A DNA stretch of 64,000 nucleotides from Candidatus Latescibacterota bacterium (GTDB taxonomy: Bacteria > Latescibacterota > UBA2968): positions 3,360,001 through 3,424,000 of the forward strand of contig OZ242311.1 of assembly GCA_965207885.1 (NCBI GenBank), written 5' to 3'. A model generated the notes under the pieces. That model searched no databases, was not told the DNA's origin, and saw nothing but the letters and a program-made list of their open reading frames with translations. Both the position numbers and the translations under genes were made by a program. Shown here piece by piece: positions 30,063-40,341 of the stretch (the first letter of the stretch is position 1; each line of letters opens with the position of its first letter).

Positions 30063-31604
30063 TTATGACCGTCTATGCCGCGCACTGTCGGCGCGCATAA
30101 CTTTCTCAAGTGTCCCGTCTTCAAATCCCGCCCAAGGTATCAGACTATCGGTCATATCCGTGCCATCTGGAGCAATCAGCCCCAAATCTCGCTTGGCGCG
30201 CAGAGCCGTCGCCTTCGGATCGACTATGGAACGCAACTCCTCTTTAAATGCCCTGAGCCTGTCAGCCTGTTCAATATCCGATGCGAGATCGCGCTCTTCC
30301 TTCGGGTCTTCCTTCACATTGAATAACGAGGGTGGATGAAATTCATACCAGGTGTATTTGTAATCCCCCCGCACAATCATGTAATACGCGCCTCGAAGTT
30401 GCGGACCATGCCATTCTGCAAAAACGCGCTCAGACCGTTTGTGTGGTTCCCCCCTCACAAGTGGCAACCAGCTTGCGCCAGGCAGACCAGGTTCGGGATC
30501 CAACCCCGCCATGTCCAAAATGGTGGGATAGAGATCGATTAGAGAAACGGGCGTATCGGTATTGACCTCTCCCTCAGGAATACCCGGTCCTGTGATCACA
30601 AGAGGAACCCCGATAGCCCCTTCATAAGAACAGTGCTTAAAAAAAAGCCCGTGTTCGCCCATGGATTCTCAATGATCTGATGTATAGATGATGTATGTAT
30701 TTTCATAGAGCTTCTGGTCCTGCAACTCATCGAGAATCTCGCCGATCATATCATCCATACAGGTGATCATACCGTAATAAGCGGCAATCGTCCGGCGCAG
30801 CATATCCTCTGTCACTTCCCCAAATACATTGGAGGCTTGCCACTCCTGCATCGCGGGATGAATATCGCGATTTGGGAACTGTGCATCGTGGGGCATCAAA
30901 ACGCGATCGGGATAGTACATATCGAAATATTTCTGAGGTACGCGATACGGCCAGTGGGGATACAGGTAGCCGACATACAGCACCCAGGGCGAATCCGATT
31001 TACCCTGCCCTTTTTCCCGCAAATACGCCAGCGTCTTATCTGTCACCTCGCGGTCGTGACCATAGAATCCCAACTCTTGCCGATCATCAATCTTTGCGAC
31101 ATCTCCCCCACCCGCTTCGAGCAAAAACCGCCGACTGGCTGGACGCGTATATCCCGGAAGGCGCGTGACAAAAGGCATCTCTCTCGGATAGGGATTCCAT
31201 GCCGTTCGGTGAAGGGGTTCGTCAAAATGCGTAAATCCCGGATTGTGATCGTCAATAGTGCCAGCGGAATCGATTTTGCCTATACAAGTCGATTCGATAC
31301 CATTCTGATCCAGCCGCGCTGCCCAGGTATTTTGTTTTTCTTCTTCGGGCAGAGGCACGCCATTCGACCAGCTATCAATCTGGTGAACGTACTTCCCCGT
31401 CATAAAACTCATGCGACTGGGACCGCACACCGCACAATTGGCATACGCTCTCGTAAAGTGTGTGCCTTCGCATGCAAGGTGATCCAGATTGGGCGTTTTG
31501 ACAAATGGGTACTGCCGATACCCCACCATTGCTGGATGATGCTGATCGCTGCATATAATCAGAATATTGGGACGCTGACCCGGTATTTGTTGAGAATTCC
31601 TCAT
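30063..31604 (-). pseudogene. Sulfatase (choline-sulfatase-like) interrupted by an in-frame TGA
   Basis: ORFs 30669-31643 and 30063-30662 share a frame: ..YTSDH-TGA-ESMGEHG..; CGPSR motif; start ATG 31604 overlaps the upstream TGA. Confidence 0.85.
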
Positions 31605-33091
31605 CTTAGTTGCCTTTCCTGATAATCCTCGGATGAAATCCACGTCAAATCATCCCAGTAATCAGTATCGTTCGCCTGATTCTCTCCAGGAGTTGTACGC
31701 CCATTGCACACAATGCTTGTAATTTTGTCGGTCAAATCTGCTACAATCTCAGGGTGATCGCCAATCGCGTTTTTTGTCTCACCAGGATCATTCGCGAGAT
31801 CGTAAAGCTCCAGCGGCTCATTCTTGTGCACCATAATCAGCTTCCAGGTGCCTTCTGTAATCGCAAACCGGCCCCCAGCACCGTGGTTAATCAAAGGCAA
31901 TCGTTCATGGGGCGTGTCAGAATCACTGAGTATCTTTGCAAAACTCTGGCTATCTTCACCCGCATCAGCAGGCAACTCCGCACCGACAACCTCAGCAAAA
32001 GTCGCCATCAAATCGACCAGGCCTACCAGATCATCACATTCGCGCCCGGGATTCTGAATGCCTTTGGGCCACCGCATAAAAAATGGCACCCGATGTCCAC
32101 CTTCGTAAATATCCCTTTTACCTCCGCGATAAATACCATTGCTATGATGACCAAATTCTTCAATTCGTCCACGCCACGAATTCTCAGGGCCATTATCACT
32201 GGTATATACAACAATAGTATTATCATCCAATCCCGACTGTTCCAGATAATCCAGCACGCGCCCTACATGGTGATCTGTCTCAATCATAAACTCACCATAG
32301 CCACCACAATCACCCCGATTCCAAAATTCCTCACGCGGGCATACAGGATAGTGCGGCGATGTAAATGGCAGGTACAAAAAAAACGGCTTACCACTTTTGG
32401 CACTTGCTTCTTTGCCCTGCATCCACGCAATCGCCTTATCGGTAAACCGCGTCAAACACTCATTGTCTATAAAATCAGGCGCAACCTCCATCCCCCTTGT
32501 GCCTAATGCTTCAAGCGTTTCTTCTGGCGTATTCTCATACGGTGGCATGATGCGATAATCCACATGCCGGTTATTGGGTTTTTTAGCCGTATAAACTGTC
32601 GGCGGTACTCTGGCATATCGCCCTTCAAACCAGGCGAGAATTCCATAATTGAGCGAAGCGGGTATGCCATAGAAATAATCAAATCCCTTATCCAACGGCA
32701 TATCGGTAACAGGCTGACTCCAATCGCGATTGCCTACCTCGCCGGGAAAATTCATACCCAGATGCCACTTGCCAACCATTGCCGTATCATATCCATTTGC
32801 CCCGAACATTGAAGCCAGCGTCATACGTTCGTCTGTAATCAGACACGGCACTTCGGCGGGAAAAACGCCCTGTTTCTTCAACGTCCGCCAGGAATAGCGT
32901 CCAGTCAGCAATCCATAACGCGAAGGGGTGCAAACCGTATCTGAGCAATGCCCATTGGTAAAAGCGATCCCTTCTGCTGCCAACCGATCCAGATTTGGCG
33001 TTGGAAACTTCGCATCTGGATTCAGGCAACTCGCGTCACCATATCCCTGATCATCTGTAAAAATTACGATTACATTGGGTTTCTCTGCCAT
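31601..33091 (-). CDS. Arylsulfatase (S1 family)
   Basis: FTDDQGYGD, CTPSRYGLLTG, GKWHLG, SDNG, EGGHRVP. Confidence 0.95.
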   Translation of the reverse strand: MAEKPNVIVIFTDDQGYGDASCLNPDAKFPTPNLDRLAAEGIAFTNGHCSDTVCTPSRYGLLTGRYSWRTLKKQGVFPAEVPCLITDERMTLASMFGANGYDTAMVGKWHLGMNFPGEVGNRDWSQPVTDMPLDKGFDYFYGIPASLNYGILAWFEGRYARVPPTVYTAKKPNNRHVDYRIMPPYENTPEETLEALGTRGMEVAPDFIDNECLTRFTDKAIAWMQGKEASAKSGKPFFLYLPFTSPHYPVCPREEFWNRGDCGGYGEFMIETDHHVGRVLDYLEQSGLDDNTIVVYTSDNGPENSWRGRIEEFGHHSNGIYRGGKRDIYEGGHRVPFFMRWPKGIQNPGRECDDLVGLVDLMATFAEVVGAELPADAGEDSQSFAKILSDSDTPHERLPLINHGAGGRFAITEGTWKLIMVHKNEPLELYDLANDPGETKNAIGDHPEIVADLTDKITSIVCNGRTTPGENQANDTDYWDDLTWISSEDYQERQLR

Positions 33092-33113
33092 ACAGGGAGT
33101 CCTTTTCTAAGAG

Positions 33114-33824
33114 CTACCAGGGCACCACCGTACCATTATTCTGGAGAAAACTACCACTGTCGTCCATGGTCAACTTATCCAGCGTGCTGGTCATCAGTCC
33201 AACGGATTCTTCTACGGAAATCGTACCGTTCGGATTCATACCTGTGAGTACAGCCCCCGGTGTGAGAGCAACCACCACAATATTGCGGTCGGCGAGCCTG
33301 ATTGACAATCGCCTGGCAAGCATATTGACTCCTGCCTTGGCAATGGCGTAAGCATCCATTTCGTTTTGGCGATTGGCTCGCGCAATACTACCCACACCGG
33401 ATGAGGTCAGCACCAGCTTTGCCCCGTCGTTCAGCAGTGGCGTAACCATCTGTGCAAATAAAGCAGAACCAATGGTATGCACCTCGAAAGTAATCGCAAA
33501 ACTCTCCGTGTCCCACTCGCCAAAAGATTTTCCACTGCCTGAGCCAGCATTATTGATAGCAATGTCAATACGCACGTTGTATCGGGCTAAGGCTTCTCCC
33601 AAACGGTCGAAATGCTCTTCATTCGACATATCCAACTGCTCAATCAACAGCTTATTTCCGTATTCTTCTTTCAGCGCAATTAGATCTGTTGCCTCCGCTG
33701 GTGTCCGGCAAGTGGCCACGACAGAATCACCTGCATCGAGATAATGCTTCACCCACCCAAGCCCGATTCCTCGATTCGAGCCAGTTACAATCACAGTCTG
33801 TCCTGTCGCATCTTTAGTTTTCAT
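33114..33824 (-). CDS. SDR family oxidoreductase (C-factor-like)
   Basis: TGSNRGIG, NNAG, YAIAK, PG.V.T.M; start set at ATG 33824. Confidence 0.9.
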   Translation of the reverse strand: MKTKDATGQTVIVTGSNRGIGLGWVKHYLDAGDSVVATCRTPAEATDLIALKEEYGNKLLIEQLDMSNEEHFDRLGEALARYNVRIDIAINNAGSGSGKSFGEWDTESFAITFEVHTIGSALFAQMVTPLLNDGAKLVLTSSGVGSIARANRQNEMDAYAIAKAGVNMLARRLSIRLADRNIVVVALTPGAVLTGMNPNGTISVEESVGLMTSTLDKLTMDDSGSFLQNNGTVVPW

Positions 33825-33852
33825 GGAAATCCCTTCATTTCTAAAAGTTTGT

Positions 33853-35421
33853 TTAGCCACGCAGAATCACATCTGCGGCTTTCTCCCCGATCATCATGCA
33901 CGGCGCATTGGTATTTGCATTGACAATGAATGGCATAATCGAAGCATCTGCTACGCGCAAACCCTCAATTCCGTGTACCTGAAGTCGATTGTTCACCACA
34001 GCCATATCATCGTTGCCCATCTTACACGTACCCACCGGATGGTAAATAGTCGTTGAATAATTGCGAATAAAGTCAACCAACGCCTGATCATCCTGCACAT
34101 CATCCCCCGGGAAAAACTCTTGTCCGCGATATCGGTCAAAAGCTGGTGCCCGTACAATTTCTCGCGCCAGTTTAACACCTTCCAGCATCACGCGCACATC
34201 GGCCTCCTCAACCAGGCATTGAGGATCGATCAATGGTGCATCAAACGGATCTGCCGAACGCAACTTAAGATCTCCCACGCTTTTTGTGCCCACCAGCCCC
34301 GGCAGAATTGTGAATCCATGCCCTTCCATCTCTTGAGACCCGTGCAAAACAAACCAATCAGGTCCAAAATGAAATTGCAATTCTGGCGCGGACGCATCGG
34401 CAGACAATTTCACGAACCCGCCCGCTTCACCCAAATTGGAAGTGAGCAATCCCATTCTTTCATTCTGATATCTGATCGCTTGCTCAGGATTATCTTTGCC
34501 AGCCTGCGTAATCTCCTCAGTACAGGCATACGCAATCCCTACCTGAACGTGCTCCATCAAATTTTGCCCTACACCCGGCAATGCCTTAACAACCGGAATA
34601 CCCAGCGCATTGAGATGTTCTGGCGGACCAATGCCCGACAACATCAGCAACTGAGGAGAATTGATTGCCCCGCCACAAAGTACCACTTCTCTACCAGCCT
34701 CAACCTCATGCGCCTTCCCTTCGTGCATATAATGAACACCAACACACCTTTTGCCATCAAATTCAAGGTGTGTAACATGGGCGTATGGAATCGCGGTGAA
34801 GTTGTCTCGTTCCAATGCCGGATGCAAATACCCCACCGCTGCGCTGCACCTCTGGCCCTCCTTCTGTGTGACCTGATACAGGCCAAACCCTTCCTGATCC
34901 CCATCATTGAAGTCTCGATTCAGACGAAATCCCACCTGCTGGGCCGCTTCGACAAAAGCCACACTCAATGGATTTGGATCCCGAGGGTCTGATACATGAA
35001 TCGGGCCTCCTGTCCCATGATATTCAGAGCCTCCCCGCGTCTGGTGCTGCATCTTCTTGAAATAGGGCAACACATCGACATACGCCCAGCCGTCATTCCC
35101 CATCGCAGCCCACTGATCGTAATCGCTCGGATGACCTCGCTGATAGACCATCGCATTGATAGAACTTGAACCGCCATACATTTTGCCGCGCGGCACATAA
35201 TCCCGCCGCCCGTTAAATCCGGCTTGCGGTGTGGTTTCGTAATCCCAATCTCTATATGTATGAAACAGGTCTGGAAATCGCGCAGGAATGTGAATTGCAT
35301 CCCGATCATCCGGTCCACCGGCTTCCAACAATAAAACGCGATACTGCCCACTTTCACTCAAACGACCCGCAACAGCACACCCTGCCGACCCTGCGCCAAT
35401 AATGATGTAGTCGTAATTCAT
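33853..35421 (-). CDS. GMC oxidoreductase (choline dehydrogenase-like)
   Basis: IIGAGSAG, GGSSSINAMVY.RG, GAINSPQLLMLSGIG, HPVGTCKMG, NTNAP. Confidence 0.93.
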   Translation of the reverse strand: MNYDYIIIGAGSAGCAVAGRLSESGQYRVLLLEAGGPDDRDAIHIPARFPDLFHTYRDWDYETTPQAGFNGRRDYVPRGKMYGGSSSINAMVYQRGHPSDYDQWAAMGNDGWAYVDVLPYFKKMQHQTRGGSEYHGTGGPIHVSDPRDPNPLSVAFVEAAQQVGFRLNRDFNDGDQEGFGLYQVTQKEGQRCSAAVGYLHPALERDNFTAIPYAHVTHLEFDGKRCVGVHYMHEGKAHEVEAGREVVLCGGAINSPQLLMLSGIGPPEHLNALGIPVVKALPGVGQNLMEHVQVGIAYACTEEITQAGKDNPEQAIRYQNERMGLLTSNLGEAGGFVKLSADASAPELQFHFGPDWFVLHGSQEMEGHGFTILPGLVGTKSVGDLKLRSADPFDAPLIDPQCLVEEADVRVMLEGVKLAREIVRAPAFDRYRGQEFFPGDDVQDDQALVDFIRNYSTTIYHPVGTCKMGNDDMAVVNNRLQVHGIEGLRVADASIMPFIVNANTNAPCMMIGEKAADVILRG

Positions 35422-35455
35422 ATCGCTCTCCAGGTGCATCCACAATGAAATACGT

Positions 35456-37135
35456 TCATATATTCATAACGTAAGACTGGCCCTGTGTTCTCATCGCTGC
35501 TTCGTCTTCAGAGAGAATACTACATTCAGATGACCACGCTTCGATATTTTTCCGGGTCGTTTTCTCAAACCACCTATTTCTAAATGGAAGTTCTGCCTCT
35601 TTCATCCAGTTTTGTAATAAAGGATGAAGCTCTGTGCGAATGGCTTCAAAATTCTCATTGAAAAACAAATTGTCCAACTGAAACGGATCTTTGTTTCGGT
35701 CGTACAGCCAACCGCCTGGTTCGTCCCACTCTGTCCAATTCGGTTTTCCCCCCAAGCGTGTTTTCCCCTTGACACTATATACCCAGTCCTTTGTTATAAC
35801 GGTTCGATGAATAGGACAAGGACTCGAAATTGAATTCATATTGGAAAAATGAAATAAAAATACAGAATCAGGATCAGGTCCGCCTGATTCTGCCATAATA
35901 TTTCTACTGTGATTCACACCAGGACTGGCTTTTAAGTAGCCTAAAGATTCCAGGCTCGCTTTATCACTTTTTTCTGCCAACATTTCGTCTAATCCCGCCA
36001 AATGACAAAAGGTCGGAAAGAAATCAATGAATGAGAGGAGCTCATTCGCTTCCCTCCCAGGAGTTTTAATACTCTTATGCCAGCGCACGAGAAATGGTAT
36101 CCTCGATGAAGGGTCATGCGGCCATCTCTTTTGTCCTCCTGCGACATTCTGAGCACCACCCATAGCACCATGGTCGGACGTATAGATGACAATGGTATTA
36201 TCCCGAACACTTTCAGGCTGGTTATCAAGCCAATCCAAAACCCGCCCCAATTGCTCATCCACCGCAGTAATACTGCTATAATAGTCATAGTTATTGACCG
36301 CATTACGGATGCGATCATATGGCATATAAACGGGGTTATCTATATAGCTCTGATAGGGTTTCAAGGCTTTTGCAGGATGATTTTCATCATGTCGATACAA
36401 CTCCGGATAGTCAGAACGATGTGAAAAATCTCCCCACTCAGGCGCGCTATCTGTTCCTGTAAATGGACCATGCGGATCTTGCATGCAAAGCGTGAGAAAA
36501 AAAGGAGACGCATCAATGTCATGCCTGTCCAGTAAAGCGAGGGCTTGATCGGTTTGACCAACTATTTTATACGGATGGTTTGGGAAAGCCGGAAGAGAAA
36601 ATGTATCGCATTTTGAAACACCTGTATATGGGATATCACTCCCATCTCCTAAAATATCGTTTGAATCCAGGTCTTGAAAATCACCGCCGTTATGGCAATA
36701 TATCATGCTGTCATGCCTCTCATTTGACCATATATACGATTCATCATAACCCGCATTTTGAGCATTGTTCTCTAAACCCTGATGCCATTTCCCAACATGA
36801 AAAGTTGAATATCCCGCGTTCTTAAACAAAAATCCCAAAGTCTTATTTTCATTACCCTCTTCATCTACTCGATCATTCAAATCCATATGATTTGCAATTC
36901 CGCCCCATTGAAAGGGCCATCGACCCGTTTGATAGATCGCCCTTGCAGGCGAACAGATGGGTAGATTCGTATAACAATTTTTAAAGCTAACCCCTTCTTG
37001 CGCCATACGCTCCATATTAGGCGTATAAATTTCAAAATGATCCTTCAAGGAATTTGTAAATGACATAGCGTCATAACGATGCGTATCGCTTAAAATAAAA
37101 ATGAAATTGGCAGGGCGAAAAGAGGGCTTATTCAT
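35456..37135 (-). CDS. Sulfatase (S1 family), AT-rich
   Basis: ILSDTHR, CSPAR, GKWH, SDHG. Confidence 0.9.
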   Translation of the reverse strand: MNKPSFRPANFIFILSDTHRYDAMSFTNSLKDHFEIYTPNMERMAQEGVSFKNCYTNLPICSPARAIYQTGRWPFQWGGIANHMDLNDRVDEEGNENKTLGFLFKNAGYSTFHVGKWHQGLENNAQNAGYDESYIWSNERHDSMIYCHNGGDFQDLDSNDILGDGSDIPYTGVSKCDTFSLPAFPNHPYKIVGQTDQALALLDRHDIDASPFFLTLCMQDPHGPFTGTDSAPEWGDFSHRSDYPELYRHDENHPAKALKPYQSYIDNPVYMPYDRIRNAVNNYDYYSSITAVDEQLGRVLDWLDNQPESVRDNTIVIYTSDHGAMGGAQNVAGGQKRWPHDPSSRIPFLVRWHKSIKTPGREANELLSFIDFFPTFCHLAGLDEMLAEKSDKASLESLGYLKASPGVNHSRNIMAESGGPDPDSVFLFHFSNMNSISSPCPIHRTVITKDWVYSVKGKTRLGGKPNWTEWDEPGGWLYDRNKDPFQLDNLFFNENFEAIRTELHPLLQNWMKEAELPFRNRWFEKTTRKNIEAWSSECSILSEDEAAMRTQGQSYVMNI

Positions 37136-37182
37136 GTCGGTCTCCAGATGATTTCCATATTAATCCTCAACAATGGCCTCTC

Positions 37183-37210
37183 AATATAGTACCTGTGAAA
37201 GAAATCGCAA
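37183..37210 (-). promoter_or_regulatory. Putative promoter of the minus-strand gene run starting at 37135
   Basis: TTGCGA-N16-TATATT. Confidence 0.5.
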
Positions 37211-37226
37211 GCCATCAATTCAGATT

Positions 37227-37254
37227 TTCAATCCCCGGGAAAATGTCTTATATT
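37227..37254 (+). promoter_or_regulatory. Putative promoter of the GH51 gene
   Basis: TTCAAT-N16-TATATT. Confidence 0.4.
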
Positions 37255-37312
37255 GGCTCCGCTTACTGAACTCAAATGCAACCGACACCATCCAAATCCT
37301 GGAAACCAATCC

Positions 37313-39307
37313 ATGCCCGCCGCCCCCTTGATCCAAATCGTGCCTACCGATGGTGAGGCTCGTGTATTCATTGATTGCAATCGGAAAGCGGATAAACCCA
37401 TCAATCGAAATCTTTTCGGAAAATTTACAGAGCATCTCGGTCGCAACATCTACAATGGGATGTGGGCGCAGATCTTAGAGAACACTTCCTTCGCAGACTG
37501 GTCTTTCTTTAGCCGGATCTGGACGCCAGAGGCCGACCGTCTAAGGGACCCCGATATCGAGCGACACAGATCCGCCTACGAAAGGGGTATCGCCTACCGA
37601 TGGCTGCCCTACGGCTCAGAAGATGCGACCTATCTCATTGACTGGCTTAACCCGTACAACTCCCGCACGAGTCAAAGAATCACAGTCTCTGGATCTGAAG
37701 CGGGAATCCGCCAATCGACCTACTTGCCAGCCCACAGAACATTGGGATACACAGCCTCCTTCCACGCAAGAGGGCAAGCCGAATCCATCCGAATCTCCCT
37801 TGCCAAAGAGTCATCCGGCGAGGTACTTGCGGAAGCTGAAATAACCGGCCTTACAGACGACTGGTCCGACTACACAGCCGATCTCCAACTTCCAGCCGAT
37901 TCCCTGGAAAGAGGTGCGCCAGTTGAATTTCGGATCGGTCTTCCCAATCGTGGTCAGGTGTGGATCGATCAGGTATTTCTCTTTCCAGACGATCACATCT
38001 CGGGCTTTGACCCGGACGTTATCCAAATGCTAAAAGAATCACGCCTTCCGCTGTTGCGATATCCTGGAGGAAATTTTGTATCGGGGTATCATTGGCGAGA
38101 TGGCATTGGCCCCGTGGACAAGCGTCCCGTTTTACCAAACCCCGCGTGGCCTATTATCGAACCCAATCATGTGGGAACAGACGAGTTCATAGACTTCTGC
38201 AGGGCAGTAGATTGCGAGCCACTGATTTGCGTGAACGCGGGAAATGGCACACCACAGGAAGCGGCGGATTGGGTGGAATACTGCAATGGCGAAACCGACA
38301 CGCCAAACGGCGCACTCAGAGCCGAATACGGTCATCCACACCCCTACAATATTCGCTACTGGGAAATCGGAAATGAGCTATACGGCCGTTGGCAAATTGG
38401 TCACTGTCCGCCAGAAGAATACGCCGAAAGGTACGAAGCCTTCCGCGCAGCGATGCTCCAGGTCGATCCCGAATTGCTGATCATCGCCAATGGCCAGTCA
38501 CCCGAATGGAACAAGCCTCTGGTCGAGCGGAAAGGAAAACTCGTCCGGTCACTATCTTTGCACACCCTTACCGGTGGCGGAGCGCGTCGGGCAAAGGATG
38601 CCGAAGCGGTTTACCTGTCCCTCATGGGCTATATCGCCTCGTACGATAATAAACTCGAAGAACTGAAAGCTCAGGCGGCGCCGTACAACCCCGATATAAA
38701 AATCGCCATCACAGAGCATCAGATTATGTGTGGCGTTCTCCACTTACCTACGAATGCCACACAAGCAGAGTCGCTCTACCTATCAGGCGCGTTACACAGC
38801 GCAATGCGGCAAGGCGATCTCGTCGAGATATTTACCCACAGTGCATTGGTAAATCACGGGGGCGGGCTGAAGAAGGAGCGAGAGGTCGTTTATCCGACCC
38901 CGGTTCACTGGGTGTCACACCTTTACGGCAATCTTCCCGAGGCGACCCTTGTGCATTCCGTCACCACATCGCCGACCTTTACGGCAAAAATTCAATCCAT
39001 CATGACGGGGTCCAACCTGCCTTATGTTGATGCCCTTGCAGCGATCGGGGATAATGGCTTGATTCTCCTGGCGCAAAATCGCCATCCCACCGAAAAAATC
39101 GAGATCACTTGCGAACTCAGCAACTTCGACCCAGCTAATACCGCAGAACTCCAAACCATTGCAGGTGAGAGTTACATGTCTCGAAACGGCTGGGATTCAC
39201 CCAATAAAGTTGCGATTGACACACGAGAAATCCCAATTGGAGGCTCCAACTTTAAGATATCGCTCTCTCCGCACTCTGTAAATGCGTTGATGATCAATCA
39301 GGCTTAA
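37313..39307 (+). CDS. GH51 alpha-L-arabinofuranosidase-like protein
   Basis: FGKFTEHLG..IY.G, RYPGGNF..GYHWRDGIGP, GTDEF, EYCN, WEIGNE; start set at ATG 37313. Confidence 0.92.
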   Translation: MPAAPLIQIVPTDGEARVFIDCNRKADKPINRNLFGKFTEHLGRNIYNGMWAQILENTSFADWSFFSRIWTPEADRLRDPDIERHRSAYERGIAYRWLPYGSEDATYLIDWLNPYNSRTSQRITVSGSEAGIRQSTYLPAHRTLGYTASFHARGQAESIRISLAKESSGEVLAEAEITGLTDDWSDYTADLQLPADSLERGAPVEFRIGLPNRGQVWIDQVFLFPDDHISGFDPDVIQMLKESRLPLLRYPGGNFVSGYHWRDGIGPVDKRPVLPNPAWPIIEPNHVGTDEFIDFCRAVDCEPLICVNAGNGTPQEAADWVEYCNGETDTPNGALRAEYGHPHPYNIRYWEIGNELYGRWQIGHCPPEEYAERYEAFRAAMLQVDPELLIIANGQSPEWNKPLVERKGKLVRSLSLHTLTGGGARRAKDAEAVYLSLMGYIASYDNKLEELKAQAAPYNPDIKIAITEHQIMCGVLHLPTNATQAESLYLSGALHSAMRQGDLVEIFTHSALVNHGGGLKKEREVVYPTPVHWVSHLYGNLPEATLVHSVTTSPTFTAKIQSIMTGSNLPYVDALAAIGDNGLILLAQNRHPTEKIEITCELSNFDPANTAELQTIAGESYMSRNGWDSPNKVAIDTREIPIGGSNFKISLSPHSVNALMINQA

Positions 39308-39359
39308 CCCATCCAACCTTTAAATCCATCTTAACATCATTTTTCAGGAGGAAACTTTC

Positions 39360-40199
39360 ATGAAACTCGTACTCTACAATGATTTTCAACTGGGTGTTTT
39401 GCAAGGCGATACAGTCGTCCCAGTTGGTAATTCGGTCGCAGATCTGGGGCATCACAACGCTCAAGAAATGATGCAGATGATCATTACTGATTGGGATGCC
39501 ATGCAATCCAGGATCAAGAGCGCCATAGAAGGAGGAAATGGTGTCGCCCTCGATACAGTGACTTTGCAATCGCCTCTGCCCCGCCCCGGCCAACTCATGT
39601 GTGCCGCCGGCAATTATATCGAGCCGAGCCACCCGGAGCGTGAGCTGTTCAATGGCTTTCTAAAGGCCAACACCAGCGTAATGCCTACCGGCAGCACGGT
39701 TGAACTCCCGGACGCCGAAGCGAGTGTTTTCCATTTTGAGCCAGAGTTGGCTCTGGTGATCGGCAAGAGAGCCAGCCACCTCTCGCAAGCCGATGCGCTG
39801 GACCATGTCTTTGGTTACACACAGTTCATAGATGTTTCGGCTCGCGGATTGCCTGGAGGCTTCTTCCTGGGAAAAAGCTGGCACACATTTGCTCCCTTGG
39901 GACCGGCTCTGGTGACTGCCGATGAGGTATCAAATCCAAATGATCTTTCAGTGAAGCTATGGGTCAACAACGCCCTCAAACACGACTTTTCTACAGGCGA
40001 TATGGCCCGCCACATTCCCGAGTTGCTGGAGGAAATCACCAGCGTCATCACCCTTGAACCAGGGGATGTCGTAGCAACCGGCACCCATCACGAAGCTCTG
40101 TCACCGATTCAGGATGGGTTCGTGGTCCGGTTGGAGGTCGAGGGATTCGGTCCCCACCTGGAGGTCAGTGTCCACGATTCGCTGAAGAGGCGTTGGTAA
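39360..40199 (+). CDS. Fumarylacetoacetate hydrolase family protein
   Basis: AGGAGG RBS; GNY, EPELALVIG, DVSAR, GKS..TF.PLGP, GDV.ATGT. Confidence 0.92.
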   Translation: MKLVLYNDFQLGVLQGDTVVPVGNSVADLGHHNAQEMMQMIITDWDAMQSRIKSAIEGGNGVALDTVTLQSPLPRPGQLMCAAGNYIEPSHPERELFNGFLKANTSVMPTGSTVELPDAEASVFHFEPELALVIGKRASHLSQADALDHVFGYTQFIDVSARGLPGGFFLGKSWHTFAPLGPALVTADEVSNPNDLSVKLWVNNALKHDFSTGDMARHIPELLEEITSVITLEPGDVVATGTHHEALSPIQDGFVVRLEVEGFGPHLEVSVHDSLKRRW

Positions 40200-40202
40200 A
40201 AT

Positions 40203-40236
40203 AGGGTCGCAGGTTCAAGTCCTGCCACCGGGACCA
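40203..40236 (+). other. tRNA 3'-half remnant (Pro-like), possible att site
   Basis: GGGTC variable loop, GCAGG-TTCAAGT-CCTGC T arm, CACCGGG-A-CCA; no 5' half, since a CDS stop lies just upstream. Confidence 0.75.
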
Positions 40237-40262
40237 CAAAACACAATGTTTTTAAAAAATTT

Positions 40263-40294
40263 AAAAGGCTGCGAAATTATTTCGCAGCCTTTTT
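40263..40294. terminator. Bidirectional intrinsic terminator
   Basis: AAAAGGCTGCGAAAT-t-ATTTCGCAGCCTTTT perfect inverted repeat between convergent genes. Confidence 0.9.
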
Positions 40295-40341
40295 GGGATC
40301 TTAAGCTCAACCTATTATGCCAATAGATTTTTCATGTATAT

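Noticed and set aside
30669-30671. TGA as selenocysteine or as recoded Gly/Trp
   Set aside because: The position is a conserved Gly, not Cys; no SECIS-like hairpin follows; many genes here end in TGA
30063-35421. betA/betC choline-O-sulfate pathway
   Set aside because: Motifs support only family-level calls; no betB, betI or transporter, and the genes are not adjacent
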